DNA of 61,179 bases, filler included, from Dimargaris cristalligena (Eukaryota): the NCBI GenBank assembly GCA_003614675.1. It is 2 parts of 2 records of this genome, joined end to end, with 100 filler letters (N's around TTAATTAATTAA, not from the genome) between each part and the next. Parts side by side here need not be neighbours in the genome. Positions count along the whole stretch, not along the records: positions 30,643 to 61,179 come from ML002457.1; 1 more part is not named here. The stretch is one strand, 5' to 3'. Positions 37,901 through 52,675 of the stretch are shown in pieces. The notes beneath the pieces were generated by a model that was not told the DNA's origin, ran no database searches, and was given only the letters and a program-made list of their open reading frames with translations. Made by a program: the position numbers and the translations under genes. Within the stretch, counting starts at the first letter, position 1. Each line of letters starts with the position of its first letter.

Positions 37901-40900
37901 CACATAGCCTATCTCTACCAGCTAACCTCACCCAGTTAAAGTGGTTAAAATACCCGACCCTCTAATCTATACAACTATTATCATATTTAGGTTTTCGGCC
38001 ATCTTAACGTATCTCACCGATACCGATTTTATTAAAAACCCCGAATTTCGGACATTTGTAAGCGTAAACAGCCAGCGTAAAATCCAGATGGGGAAATTAT
38101 ATATGGCCACAGACCTCTATACTGATATAATCATGGACGATCACTGTGGGGACACCATTCATTCAATAGTCTAGACGATATCATTCCAGGATAGGAAAGC
38201 ATGGTCTCTAGAGGCCCCACAGTCGAGACTATTGGTCTAGAGGGTCCCACGTAGAGTGGAACTTCCTACTATGGATACGGACAATTTCTACTGTACCATG
38301 CGCTCATTTCCCTTGTTTGCACTAGAGATCCTAGAGGCCCAATTTCCCTCTAGAGTCTCTAGAAGGGATATACAATAATCCTGTGGTTTCTATTTGTGAC
38401 AAATTTTAAGATTTTCCCTATATAAACCCATACTATTGAAGTATACTCTCTAAAAATGACAGTCACGGCCATATTTTTTTATGTGCCTTAGCCAGTCTAG
38501 ACAATACCACGCCTTTCCCCACCAAGAAGTATCTATACTATTAACAGTATTTAAAAGGATAGTTTAGGACTAAAAAACACGTATAACAGACAGTGTCTCC
38601 CTTTTTAGTCTGTAGTCGACTATCTTAGACGTACCAGTCTCAATTTTCAATGACCATACTTATCTGGAACCACTTGGGTTAGTTTATCTCACTAACAGCT
38701 AGGGGCCACCTACCCTCCTCCCGTATCATCTGAACCCTGAGCCGTAACCCAACCAACCTGGTTGACCCTTTCATTGTAATCAAAACAGTGACTCACTCCT
38801 TCTGCCTAATTAGTAGCCTACCTTCATCGTTACTTGTAAATACATACAGTTAGATTCACCACGCCAGGCCACTGCGTGTGTATTGGAATTGGTGGGGGGG
38901 CAGTGGTTAGGACGCGCTCGGCAATTATAAACCCTTCAGCAATGAAGATCATCACATAGTGTAGAGAGCCTTCTCCTCCCCCACGATTCCACCTCGCCGA
39001 ATATACTGGGCGGCTTCCGGTGCCCGTTGGGATTCCCACTGGCGTAATTTACTAAAGGAATTGTGAAGCCTCTGACCTTGCAGGTATGCCCTCCGGCGAG
39101 TTTATCCATTTATGGATGCTGCTACCCTTCAATCACACGAAGTAATCCGACTCGTCCGAACTTCATCTTCGAGGCTCCTTTGGTACAATTCATTTTATAC
39201 GAGGATTACTTTGCAGTGGCCACCGCCACCATTCATTCAGGCAAGCTTCTTGCAAGCGACAATCACTTACAATCTAAGCCCCCATTTCTACTTTAAGTTC
39301 TGTTGAAGGATCGGCAAGCATTAAACCTTGGCCCTTTATATGGACCCTCCCTGTGATTGGGAAAAGGGAAGACACCGTACCCTTGCCACCCTATTATCAG
39401 AGCAACATACCCCACCCATTGCCGAGTTACTACATATCCGTATCCAGCGGCTTATTGAAATACCCCATACCTAGTAAGTGTGATATCCTGACTATGGTTT
39501 CGACCCCAACGGGTTCAAGAGGAAGAGCAGCTCCCGTATGGTACTGTCACCTATGGCTTGGGGCCACCCGCATTACTAGCCAAGGTTAAACTGGCCTTTA
39601 AATACGTCAACAAAAAACGGCGGCCCTTTCTCAGAGTAGACGGCTTCGGCACACATTGAGTGGGATTGGGTACTGGGTACCCAGGGGTCTCTGTTAGGCC
39701 TGTTCGCTAGGCACCTTCTCGCTCTCATATTCTCACATTCACTGACCTTGGGCAAGGAATCAGCTACTCTAACCCCCTCTCCCCCCACTGGCAATCACTG
39801 TTTGGCTGTCACTTAGGGTTCCCGCATGGTCCAACTGGGGTGTTGTTGCTCTCCTCTTACCCTCTTCTGACTATACACTACTTACTCACCCTTCGACCTA
39901 ACCAGAAATATTCCCAGTGGGGATAGGCCCATATAGTTCGAATCGGTATCACCCAAAAGAGTCGACCTTTCCTTCTTTTTTTATTGGTTGCTACTTTCAG
40001 CCCTTGGCCTAAACTTCTGAACAACTGTTGCCCAGGCGTAGCCCCCAGACAGCCAGCCACGGTATCCCCTTTTATAAAGCATTGTAATATAAAGATTTCG
40101 ATAGCCAAATCAATGAATAAAAACAAGCCATCCCGTATTATTTTATAGCCGGCCTTGCTCTATTTGGTTTGATTAGAGAATCCGCCCATATCCCATATTC
40201 CCCATTTCCTCCAATCATCCCTGACTATCTCTGGGAACTCTCGTTATACCCTTCTCGCTTTTTACTATTCTTCCATTATACTCATTAGTCCTACCCTGCT
40301 TACCGCATTCTGCATACTATTGTAATGTAAGGCGGTCATTTAATTTCCGTTCATTTAGCATGTGGGGAGGGGGGGGGATTCAGCGCTACCGTCTAGATTT
40401 TAAAGATACATGCCTGGGTGCCCCTTCCCCCACCCGACCCATCCAAAATAGTTGGATGAGTACCTTTTGGAATCACTATTTGACCCTTGGAGAGTAAAAC
40501 ACTTCAGGAGACAAACATTAGGCATCGAATTTACCCGGCGGACTAGGAGTGTGTGACAATGTCTTGCCACCCACCATCCTAAGCAGGCATCAGCAGACCA
40601 GCCAAACACATCCTAAATCAATGCCATGTCCAACCCACCCTGAACAATTTCTTTCCTCACCACTACACCTTTTCAACCTTTACTCGCTTATTGTTGAACA
40701 CACTCCATTAAAAATCCGGCAACTACTTTAGTATATTCTACACCGTTTTATATATATTTAGAGGCTTAGCAATAGGTAGGAGAGGTACAATACCTTACTT
40801 GGAGCCAGCGGCCTATTAATCGCTACTTTATTGTAAATTACTATTCCTCCGGCGAGGCCCGTTATGGACCGGAGATTCCTGAAAATGGTCGTTTCTGTTG

Positions 40901-43900
40901 AACTCACTTGATCACGAACAAAGAAAAGTGTCATCTGCCATATTACGCCCCAGTGTCTGCGGCCATTTTTCTCTAGGAGGCCACGGGAAAAGACTCGATT
41001 TCAAAAGGGTAAGGCTAGACCTACCTCTCATCTGTATTAAGAACGGCTACTTAGGGTGCACCCCAAACCTTGGGCAGAAATATCCGATGCGTCTCGTTGG
41101 AGGATCAAATGCGGGCTGGTAGTTGCTGTATTCGCAGAAAAACGACTGAGCTGACCTATTACTCATGGGGGCCGATTGGGCCAAGTTGTTGATTGAAAGC
41201 GTTGATGAGACGAACTGTACAGGTATGGCAAGTTTTTCAACGATAATTCATCACGTTTCCGTCACTTCTCCTGCAAATCACCAATACCATATACAGGTAG
41301 GTGTTTAATCAAATATCTCTCAACTGGCTTGGTTAAGCTTGGGATACAACGCCCAATCCATAGTAATGCCTCGTTGTTAGTCCCTATTCACTCTTACTAC
41401 CGAGTCGGGCCTATCGATTAAGACTATGTGATGAATATCGCGGTCGTTTTATCAATTACTTGTTGCCAAAAAAAGCCACCTCCCTATTTAAATAGAACTT
41501 GTCTTTGTTTTAAAAAATATACCTATGCGTATGGGAGTTAGTGGCATTGGCTTGGCTATGGCTAACCAGCTGACTACCGAATGGTCAGACTCATAGGATG
41601 GCTAATAAGGGAAGTCGGCAGTAGGATGAATACGCGTGTTTACGTTGCCAGTAAAAATAAACACCCATGGGATATCTGATGGCTTCTGTTTATTGTAGGT
41701 GATTAAGCCCAAGTACAAGTATCGCAGTGTGGAAGTACAGGGGAATCCCGACAGGCCAAAAGGTTGGATAAAAGATAGTCAAATTTGCTGGTCAGAATAG
41801 GTTGTTACCATATATTTTAACTTGCCTCCAGTAACCCGTTAGCAATCATAAATCAACTCCTGTTCGAGTCTAACGAGTTGAATTGTGCCGGACCAGGCTC
41901 GTACATCTCGCACTGTCGTTTTGAGGGAACACACCCGAATGGCTATGGTTGTCCACCAACAAATGAGGGGTGACCATTTCACTATCATTGGGCCATTGTG
42001 TTGCCGATTTGCGACCCGAGAGGAAACTGGAATGCGGTCTACCTTCAAACTTCCATCTAAAACACTGTATTTTCATTAGCCACTTATTTGACAATATCTA
42101 CGTCAGTCCATGCCTTACAAAAAACTGTTTTCGTATAACGGCAACGTCAACGATTCCAGAGCCTATCCATCGGGTGAGCTGTTTCAGAAAGGACCCTGCT
42201 ATGAAAATAACAAAAAAAACAAAACAAATGGCCTGGTCATGGCCACCCTCGAATGACCAAATACCAAAATATTACTGGATTTCACTATCGGCCCCCGTAC
42301 TAGGTGCCAGGGTCGGGGACCGGCTCTATTAAATGTCCCACCATCTACTTAACAGAGGTATACACACCCAGATTTCGCGGGCGAAGATCGCGGAAAAATA
42401 CCTCTCGCATACCGATGACCTGCCTCTATACATAGTACATACTTGTCTGGGCCTAAAAATTAAAATACCTATTCCATGCTTGAGCGGCCGACTTCTAGTT
42501 AATGAATTGGGGGGGGGGCTTTATTAAATATGGTCCTCCCTCATATACCTAGGTGGCAAGGTTGCCTGATTGTAACCGTTTACAGATTCAATTAAGGCAT
42601 GATTTACGTTGATAGCAATATACTCCGCCCCAGACCATCGCAGCTTTTTGCCATCAGCTGTTACCCACAGTTCAAATATACCCATATCACAGTGCATTTG
42701 CGCCCACTCGTCATAAACCGATGTAGGTCACCCGTAATAGAATACCCACCACCAATACGGGGTAGTTCAACACCCCCCCTCCCACCAACTAGCCAACTTT
42801 TTCTCAACTCCCTTTCGGGTAGTAGAGCAGAGTAGTCCAAATATCCAACTTGCTGTTCCATATTATTCATCAATTTTACAGACAGTAGTCGTCCATTTCC
42901 TAGTAACGTTAACCCTTCATTGGCTATACCGCTATTTGAAAATAACTTACACCTGAGTATTACCGTTAAATTTCCTTATCCCCTTAATCTTCTCACATCA
43001 CTTCCTGGGGTTCGGCTGACTAAGAAAATACCAATTCTATGCCCTCATATTGCCCCAGATAGCTGACAGGGTCAGGCACAGCCTTAGCAGGATGCGATTT
43101 CACGCCGTCACATCATCAACTACACTATATTCACCCGGCTATATGGTTGGCGTAACAGCTAGTAGATAATATTATTGTTGGATTGTAAGCTTCACGAGCC
43201 AACGTATATCACCAATATCTTAAGAAATAAATAGCCGCGCCGTAACCACATACTCCAACCAATCAATCAATGCCACAGTGTAAATGTATTCACAGAGGCG
43301 CTACCTCGTGGTTCCAGTTACTATTCCTGACGGCCATATTTGACGCTATGCTACCGTGGGTGGGATTCTCGATATCGCACTCAGATTCCTTATCCCTAAC
43401 AATATTATGTTGCGCCTAACATGCGATACAATCCCCCAATGTGTTAGCGCTAGATGGTACTAAATATCCAATAATATGATCAACGAAGCGGATTAAAAAA
43501 TTATTTCAACAAATGCATAATAAAGCGCCAATGAGACCACCCTTTCCTCGGAGATGGTGCTATTTTTGTAAACGAAATATTATGTTACTTTACAGAATCG
43601 CCTAATAAAAATATTCATCCGCCAGACGTTGGCCCAGCCTACCCCAATATTGGCTACAACAGGTATTTTCGCCAACTATACCATCACCGTTTATCTTTTT
43701 TGAAACTATGCCATTGGAACTAAGCTACGCTATTTTTTTCCACTTGGCAGCCTGTAGGAGCGATGACGTGAGCCCTCCAGTCCAAGTGTATCTACATCAA
43801 CAAGCAGAAAATTGGCTAAATAACGTACCTGATTGGCTTTGGCCGCCCTCCCCACCCGTGACACTGAAATTTCACTTTACGACCGGATCGGCCCACTCTG

Positions 43901-46900
43901 GTACCCAGTGAATTATATCGAGCCAAACTCCAGCGGGTGTGTGGACGGCCCTTTAATTCACGTATATATGTAATGTTACAACGCGTTCAACTCCAATCAA
44001 GAGCTCCAAAAAGATATGGAACCCAATATTAAAGCTTAATCAGTTTCGCGAACAGGCCAATCTATGGAATAGGCCAGTTCCAGCTGTCAGACTAAGACAA
44101 CGGACGCCACCACCAACCGTTTTTATAAATGGGATGGTATAGGTTGGCATATGTAATATTTCTTTATCCAATTAACTGGTATATAGGTCGTATTGTTATT
44201 AAGTGATTTTTCCTTTTGATAGAAGCCGTCTAGGTTTCCCTATATCCCGCTGCCACGGCGGCCCAGTGGCTCCCAAACTGTGGGGATGATGGGTACAAAA
44301 AAAGGTTTATTGCCCACATTGGATTGTAAAAAAAAAATTATAAAAAAAGAGACATTTACTGGAGACTTGGCTGTGGATTAGCCACTTGGTCACTGCGAAT
44401 GCATTAGCGATGTGGGCCCAACTTAGAAGCCAATACCTGCAACAAAGGCCTACATGCATACCGGCCGCTTTCGGACCCAGACCTAAATAGGATACGGAGT
44501 TTGGTGACCAATATCCCTTCGTACGATAAGTGCAGCGCAATGAAAAGAGGAGTCTGAGTACTATTGAGTAACTGGTAAACCCTTATCCCAATATCAGCCC
44601 GCTCAAGCCGTCTTAAACACCCTTTAGCGGCCATCCGAACCTTTTTGCGACGGGCCATGTTCCTTTCCCCAAGTACCCATTGCACTGTCCATATTACTGT
44701 GACATGGGGTATTGGTTCCACCACCCAGGATGTTGGGGAAAAGTGGCTTGGGCCTAGTAAGACCCCACCAATATAAGGCAAATCACGCCGGGTCGTAAAT
44801 ATTTCTCAGCCTACTTTGTTGGTAGACAAGATGTACCAGTTTACACCACTGCTCAAAGACATTGCCAAAGCCACTAAACGACTAGACCAACACAGCCTCG
44901 AATGTCTTGTCTTCTTATGGCAGTACCACAGCCAGTATTTCGCCTCTAGCTGCAGCAAATGCTAAGTGGGTCTGCAGCCGCCCTGTGGGTAATCTCAATC
45001 ATTTCGGTGTCCCCTTTTGGTTCGCCTTGAGGCCAGGCTACCTTAATAACCCCCTTCCTCTACACCCTCCCCTTCCCTAATTTCTTAACAATGGGGAGCG
45101 GAAAAATAATATACATATCTGCAATGGTAATCAATGTCCGAGCACCCCATTCCTTGCAATGTAGGCAGCGACATGAACATCTTATTTGGAGCAATCTAGC
45201 GAGCGGGAAGGGGGTGGGACAGGTAGCCAAACCCGTCTGATATTTTACCTTCCCCCTGAATGCTAAACATGTCCTGCCTGTCCTCAAGCAAGTTTAAAGC
45301 ATTTGAATCCTGAAGGAATTTGGGCGATCGACCGTTCGTCAAGGGGATGGAAATCGGCTTGCACTGGGCAGTACAAGATCGACTTCGATAAGCCCAAATC
45401 GACAGTGCATTCGGTTAGTTTGCCTTGACCTTCCAAATACCAAGATATATATAAATATATATCTATTCACTGGTTTATCCTCTCGTTTCCTCACGTTTCT
45501 CGGCTGTTCTCGCCCCGGGGCCACGTTAGGCCGCCGTTCGGGTCTGCCCTTACAGCCCACTTCCTACCTTTCATGGGTGAATGCCACAATTGGGCGTAGT
45601 TATATCATGAATAGTTTCCCTAAAAAATTAAGGTAGGTGCAGATCGGCTGCCCATAGACTAAATGAAGGTCTTCATCTTTACCCTAATTATCCGCTCTTC
45701 CATTACGGAAACCATGTGTTATAGTCCATCGGAATGTTGGTTTGAGTGTTTCGCGTCTCATGGGGTACAGCTCGCCAACCCACTGCTAGCAGACATAGGG
45801 CATCCGAATTCGAACGAGTCAATTGCGAAGCGCGGATCTAGGGGGGGGTGCCTTTCTTCATTGCTACAAACGAAACCTAAAACTCTACAAAACCAAAAAT
45901 GGAGTCAGTGGTAATCTATTATTAGAGCGACCCTACTTCCTCCCCTCCCCCCCGGTTTCCTTACCTATCTTAATTCAACGATAAAAGACGTCTCTTCTCC
46001 TTGGCTAATGCTCGCCAACAAAGAAATAATAAGACGCCGCAATGCCACAAATCGGTTGGGTGGCTGAAGGAGCAAAGGGGGGGTCATTAGGCCTGAATTG
46101 GCCGTTACTCGTCCGTCCGTTAGAGTAAAAAAATGCTACTTAGTGCGGCATTGCAGGTTTGTTAGACGACTGCATGGATGGTGAGCCGAACGTAAGTAGT
46201 CCCAGTTCAGCTGACATGTCGAATAAAAGTACAGCCCCGACTGGGACTCATGAATAATGATACCTGCTTCACTGTATTGCTCCCCCTTCAAAAACCCCTA
46301 GCTTCTGACGGTATCGAAGTTCGTGCTGAACTGCAGTGACACTCGGTTGGTGTGAAAGGTCCGACTAAAGCCAAACTCTCACAACAATACATGAATGACT
46401 AGATGCTGCTTACTCACATACGTCGTTTCTATTCCCACCAAGCTCGTCGGATTATTTTAATTATTACCTCTTGAGAGTTCTAATCAGGTATACCTTAGCT
46501 TAGAAAGTGCTGCTGGGCTTTAATCCATTAAATACTAGCTTGACTGATTCTTGGGCCCACCACACTATCTCCCATTCAGTGATCTGCCGGTGCCTGTGCG
46601 TCTTCTCCATTCGAGCCATCATAGTATTATTATTTTTTAAAAAAAAACACACATCATAATAAAGCTCGCAAACCCGTAACTGATATTGCGTTGGGCGGAT
46701 TAGAGCGATATGGGTATTGTCCCGGGTTCCCGCGTTGAACAAGAACAAACCACCAGGTGCCGAGCGGGCCTTCTGGGAAATAGAGCTTTCGTAGCCAACT
46801 CGGAGGACAGCAAACCCAACTAGCCCAGGTTATGCATTACTATAGAGACAAGGCCTTGCCGTTTTCGATGCGAACACGGCCCTTAAGTTACTTTGGGATT

Positions 46901-48601
46901 CGGGTTTCCAGACTCAAGAGTTCCTCCATCTAAACCGCAACCGGCTTCCGACTAGGAATAAAGCATCTCATCGACATGGGTTTGTTTCGGCGTATGCTTA
47001 CAAGGCAATGGCAAGACCTATTCCATTTAGACCCAAGCAGTGAGGTGGTCGGTTGATTCATGGAAACGGGCACAGTAGCGCTATATTCAAGATGGCTTGC
47101 CCAGTGACTCGTCCGTACTGGGTTGTATGGGATAGCCTAAGAGATTCCGTGTGATTCGTAAATATTCACATTCCGGGGCCGAGGGATAAGATAGTTCCTA
47201 GTCGGTTTTGCTCACTTCTTTACTGTATGATTGCCGCCCCTGCGTATGTACCAGTTACCACAAACATTTATAACCCAGGGTCCGGGGGGAGATGCCGCGG
47301 GCGACAATTTTAAAAAGGGGGGATACTCGTCGCGCTATTTCGACTAAATGGAAATAATCAGGATAGGTGGGAAAAGGCGTCACCAGGTTTTCATCCCACT
47401 TCCACTATTGCCGATGAGGGGCCTAAGCTATAGGCAAACGAAAGGGGATATATCGCTCACCCTCTTTTCATTGTTGCATACCTTTGGTCCCCTTTTCAAT
47501 AATCTTAAAGGTGGAGGGGGCGCCAGGAAAATAAGCGGATTGGCTATTGCCTTTTAATCACACTGACCACCCAGGACGTGCCCCCCCCCCGTTTACGTTG
47601 ACATGCCAACTAGGCGTGTTTCTCCTAATTACCAGCCTTGGGAATTATGAAGGTTTAATAATATCCCAGCAACTGTTATGTTGGTCCAAGCGCGGTGTCT
47701 GAAAATCCTTCAACTTGAATATGCAGTCCATCCATCATTATATCGGTAGGCCCCCATCGCCTTTCCTTTACCCTGTTTTTGGATAGGGACCCCATCCACC
47801 CCACCCCGGAATCCCTACACCAAACCCATCCTACGTGGGTTTAATTTCGGCAACCACGAAATTTCCCGTAGGCCCCCCTTCCCCGCTTTCATGGTGCTAT
47901 CCGACTGCCCATTTTCAGTAACGTCTGTGAATTGAACCCCCTCTCTCCAATTCTAGCCACCCCGCTGGGAATGAGGTGAAGGAGCTGATGGGTGGGTGCG
48001 TTGTGATATGCTGATTCGGGGCTGCCGTCCTGGATAATCACGCAGTGCCATCTCGGTGTTATGCTTTTGGGTACCCACCTTCCCATATATAAGCGAGGCG
48101 ACCGCCGCCCTTTTATTTTCCATCCACCACATTACCACTTCTTTGATACTCTAATTTACATTCAGTCTATATAAATACGGACCATCTTTCTTTCCCGCCT
48201 ACACCTATACATCATTTTGTTATATTGACCCTCTCATTGGTCTTAATTATAGGGCAACCGTTATCGTGATACTGTTTGTGAGTACCATTTTTACTCTGCT
48301 CTCCACCCTTAACTTTTCACCATCAAATTTATTTGGCACTCCGGGCTTCCACTGCTTTCAAGGCTCAATTTACAGTGTACCTCACCTTAGGTATCATTTC
48401 TCGGCTAGTCATACCGCCCCCTTACTTCGTTGATTTTATTAGGACCCCTTCCTCTCTTTGAGAGTAGCACAGCCCCGATACTTTTCCAAAGTGACATTAT
48501 AGTATTACCAGATTGCTGGATATTTCACAGCTTTCCTACCACGACTATCCCACGAATATTTTTTTGCCTTCCCGGAACAATTCCCCAGCCCACTTTTTGT
48601 C

Positions 48602-50461
48602 ATGGACTACTCCCAGGTGAATTACTCCGTTTCCTCCCCCGAGTCCGAGACTGCGCGTCCCTCAAAGCGCACGAAGACGCTCTTTCCGTACAAGCTTTAT
48701 GAGTAAGTTCAGGATTAAGTTGAGGCCCCTCCTAGTTATCCGCACCCGTTGTAACATGCCTATTACTTGGCACCATTGTCCTTGCCACCTCACTATGGAA
48801 GACAACTAACAATATCGTTACATGCCTATTATTCTCCCTTTGATCAAATCTGAAAATACACGACACCCACTTCAATTCACATAGAATGCTAGAGAACCCC
48901 GAATACCGCGACTGCCTGTGGTGGAACGATGTCAATAACAGTTTCCATTTGAACCGCATTCGCTTCAAGGAGACTCGTAAGCTGAATCTCATGTTCACGA
49001 CCGAAAAGATTGAATCAATCGAGCGCCAGCTTCGGGTAAGTACTGTCATAACCATACATGGGACCGCTGTCACTTATTGGTCCGCCTAACGCCGTCCAAC
49101 CACCAAGCGGCCCGGAGTGGGACCCGACTGCATGGTCCTGTATGAGCCATACTGGAGTATTGCCACCGATATGCCAAATGGGGGTGGTGTTTGGGTATCG
49201 CTGATTCTCATCATCTACTGCATTCGGCCCAACAACAATTGAAATACACTCCAGCTAGTATTATTACCCACTATCAACAGTATATTAATATCTTTTTCGC
49301 TTCCTTTGCACCCGACTCACTCGCCATTTGCGTTTCCCCCATCGTAGAGCTACAAATTCACCCTGATGAACGATAGCCGTAAGTCACAGACAAAGGGCAA
49401 GCACATTGTCGAGTATAAACACGAACTGTTCCAACGCGGCAAACCCCACCTGCTGGACCAGATTAAAACCGGGAACAACAATAAGAAGACCAAGAGGCGC
49501 CAGCAAAACCGGACCAATATGGCCCAGGCCCAGCAGACCAGCAGCCCTTCAACTTCCTCAGATTTATCTCCCGAGGCTTACAGCACGGTGAACTTCTTCC
49601 CTGAGACCTATAGCCCGGAGCAGTACCTCCCCGAAGGGTTTGTCCCCGACAATAGCTATCAATGTAAGTCTTTTATAAAATTGGTCAGTTCACAGCCAGT
49701 TTTGGTTGCTGGACAAACTGGGTTTTCCCTATATATTATTTTTACTCTCAGCGGCGGTGTATTGAAGTCTTAAACTAGCAGGCGGGGTTGGGGTGTTGGG
49801 TTTACTGCCCAACTGGCCCCGCTAGCTGGCTACGATTGGTGATACTTCACCAGACTTCATATTGTTTCAGCTTCATGCACTCTTAATTTACAATCACGAC
49901 ACTTTTTTTGACGAATGGGAGTGGGGAGGCGGTCATTTCACTGCGGTCGCACTAGTATGCTTCAATGTTTGGTTGTGTGCTGGACTGAATTCACCCGCGC
50001 CCTATAACGGGTGATGCGCTTCTCTTAGGAACCTCACTAACTCATGCACGTTCCTGTTTTCGGATTTGCACTACATATACTTGCATTGTTCCATTGAACG
50101 CCCTCATTTACCTGCCGATTATTGACCACTTCTCGTAGATGCCCCGGGTCTTTCTCTGCCGGCCACATACTATCCGTCGTCCGTCTCACCACCCCACCAG
50201 GCCCGGACTCCCGAGTACCCTGCGACCTATACTGCTATTCCCGCTCTTCAATACCACCACTCGATGTTCGGCAGCAGTGCCTCCCCGATGACCACGGTTC
50301 CTCAGCACCACCATGCCGCCACCACCCCACCAATCTACGGCATTAATCCGACGCTACTTGAAGACCCCACTTCCTCCGTATACCCCAACCAACTACACCT
50401 AGACCTGGCCGCCTACGGCCATTACCCACATCTGGGATTTAGTTACACTCCCCCTAGTTAG
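48602..50461 (+). CDS. HSF-type DNA-binding domain transcription factor (divergent); exons 48602-48702, 48885-49035, 49348-49663, 50139-50461
   Basis: Spliced product has FPYKLYEMLENPEYRDCLWWND..SFHL...IERQLRSYKF...EYKHELFQRGKPHLLDQIK, the HSF winged-helix pattern, followed by a S/P/Y-rich tail. Intron phases are consistent. Confidence 0.88.
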
Positions 50462-51307
50462 AGAGCTGGGTCGTTGGCAATATCCACCTCCTCATTAGAA
50501 TTGTCATTTCCACCCATTTATCCGGTAGCTACCACACCCCGGCTCAAAGTTGACTTCCGGCTACCTGGAAGGGACATGTTGTATATTGTCAGCGTTTTGC
50601 AATCATCACAAGCGCCTGTCTACACTGCTATACTGAAGTACCGACCACTCCGTTGAAGTATCCCTATCCGTTTCTCATGACCAGTTTTTTGTACTCTCAC
50701 TAGGCCCGATTTATCGTTTCCGTATTGGCCTAATGGGGAATTTACACCTTAAATTTTGCAATGTGAAGCGGTGCTCAGGCTTCACAAAGCCATTCACCAT
50801 TCCATCCCTCACCCTTCATAAGACGTTGAGTTTTTGACATTTATTTAATGATTGCCCTGTACCCCTATTTTACCGTTTATACATACATATACTATCATAT
50901 ATACATACCTACCGCCACCTATGTCTAAATTCATTCTTCCGGGTGTTTTTTTGGTGCCCCGGGTTTCATTACAGTATTTTCTTCGTAGCTTTAATTCCGA
51001 TAATTACTATAGGATCTTTGCATCTAACTATTCTCATTTCCGCGCTGTTTCTAACAAAAGCCTACCCTTAATTAAGCCCGTCAATAAACACAAATACCTC
51101 TAACAAAAAGTTGGTATCGCCCATGGGGGGAGAGTCCAATTCGGGTTTAATAGATTACCATTATTGAAAGAGCGATTCCATAAATCATATACGCCAAGGC
51201 ACAAGAGAGCAAATCCGAATTCGGCGGAAATATATTCAGCAATGATCCGCCGGATCTTTGTTATGGGGTATTCTGCCGGCCAGATCCCTGTCCGCATTGA
51301 GTTGGGT

Positions 51308-52675
51308 TTAGAATTTGAACACCATATCCTCCAGCTTGGATGCGGGGCGGGCCTTGTCGTAGCCGACAGTTTCGCAGTGCTGGGTCATGGCCTTCACCAT
51401 GGGTGGGGGACCGCACAAAAGAATCTTGACATCCTTGGCAGGTCCCGGCAGGTACTTACGAATCATGTCCTCGGAAACGAATCCCACCTCACCTTCCCAG
51501 CCTTCGGGCGGGTTGTTGAGAACGTAATGGACGTTGAAATGGGGGTGCGCTGCGGACAGTTCCTCCAGTTCGTCCCGGAGCAGAATATCTTCCTCATTGA
51601 CATTGGCGAAGATAAGGCTGACGTGGGTCCGGTCCTCGGGGTGCTTCATGATAGCATGGATAATTTGCAGCATAGGTGTGATACCAGTACCTCCTGCAAT
51701 CATACCAATGTACGAGCAGAGATTAGGAGTATAGTTGAAATTACCCTTGGGGCCCCGGACATTGATCTTGTCACCGAGAGTCAGCTCGCTGAACATCTTG
51801 GAAACGTTGCCCTGGGGGTAGGTCTATCATGGGGTGGGCGGTGAGTGATGGTTGCGAATAAGGACCGGGGAATTGGGGAATTCCGACGGGGTAAGCATGC
51901 ACCAAAAGCATTTATATTAGTACAAATTAAAATTAAAATGACCACTGGCCCCCAAAATGGATCGCTGTGGGAGAAGTGTAAGTAGTGCGGTGGATATACA
52001 CGGTTAAACCTCTAACCAGTCCGACCACCAATGCCACCTAACCCGATTTGCCTCAGAGAGGGATTGTCCGGGGGATAGCTGGAAAAAAAACTTCCAGATG
52101 CGATAATTGATTACAGGGACATTGCCAAGCGGGGTCGACATTGATCAGCCGCCCCGGCACCTGACCAAACAAAAGGATACATCGAGCCTGTCAAATATAC
52201 CCTTATTCTATCGCCTTCATTACTAAATAACAAGCCAGACCAAAAAGGGTTCACGATTACTGCTATACGGCAACGACTCCCAGGGTCACGCACCCTACTG
52301 TGGAGGGGATACGCCAGTTTAGGACACATATAATAGGGGTGGGACCGCTCGTCCTGCAAGCAAACCTACCTTGATGAGCAAATCGAAGTAGCCCAGATCC
52401 TCGCTCATGCTAGTGGGAGTGTAGCTACGGACCACCTCCTTACCGTTGATCTCGGCCATGACCGAAATGTGCTGACCGGTGGGCAGGCCCAAGGTGTCCG
52501 TGGTCTGGGGGAGCCCGAAGCGGTAGACGGCGGTGTTATGGGAAATCACCGACTTCTTAATGAGAGGGAACTTGCGGAACTCCTTCCTGTCGAGCACGGG
52601 CTGCCGGGGCTTGGGCCGAGTCATGAGAAAGACAATCGCCCCCGCGATTAAAAACACGATGATAACCGGGATCAT
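51308..52675 (-). CDS. CBR1: NADH-cytochrome b5 reductase; exons 52675-52370, 51823-51308
   Basis: N-terminal TM anchor, [14 protein letters not shown] (RxY[T/S]), [25 protein letters not shown] and a C-terminal VFKF. Confidence 0.95.
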
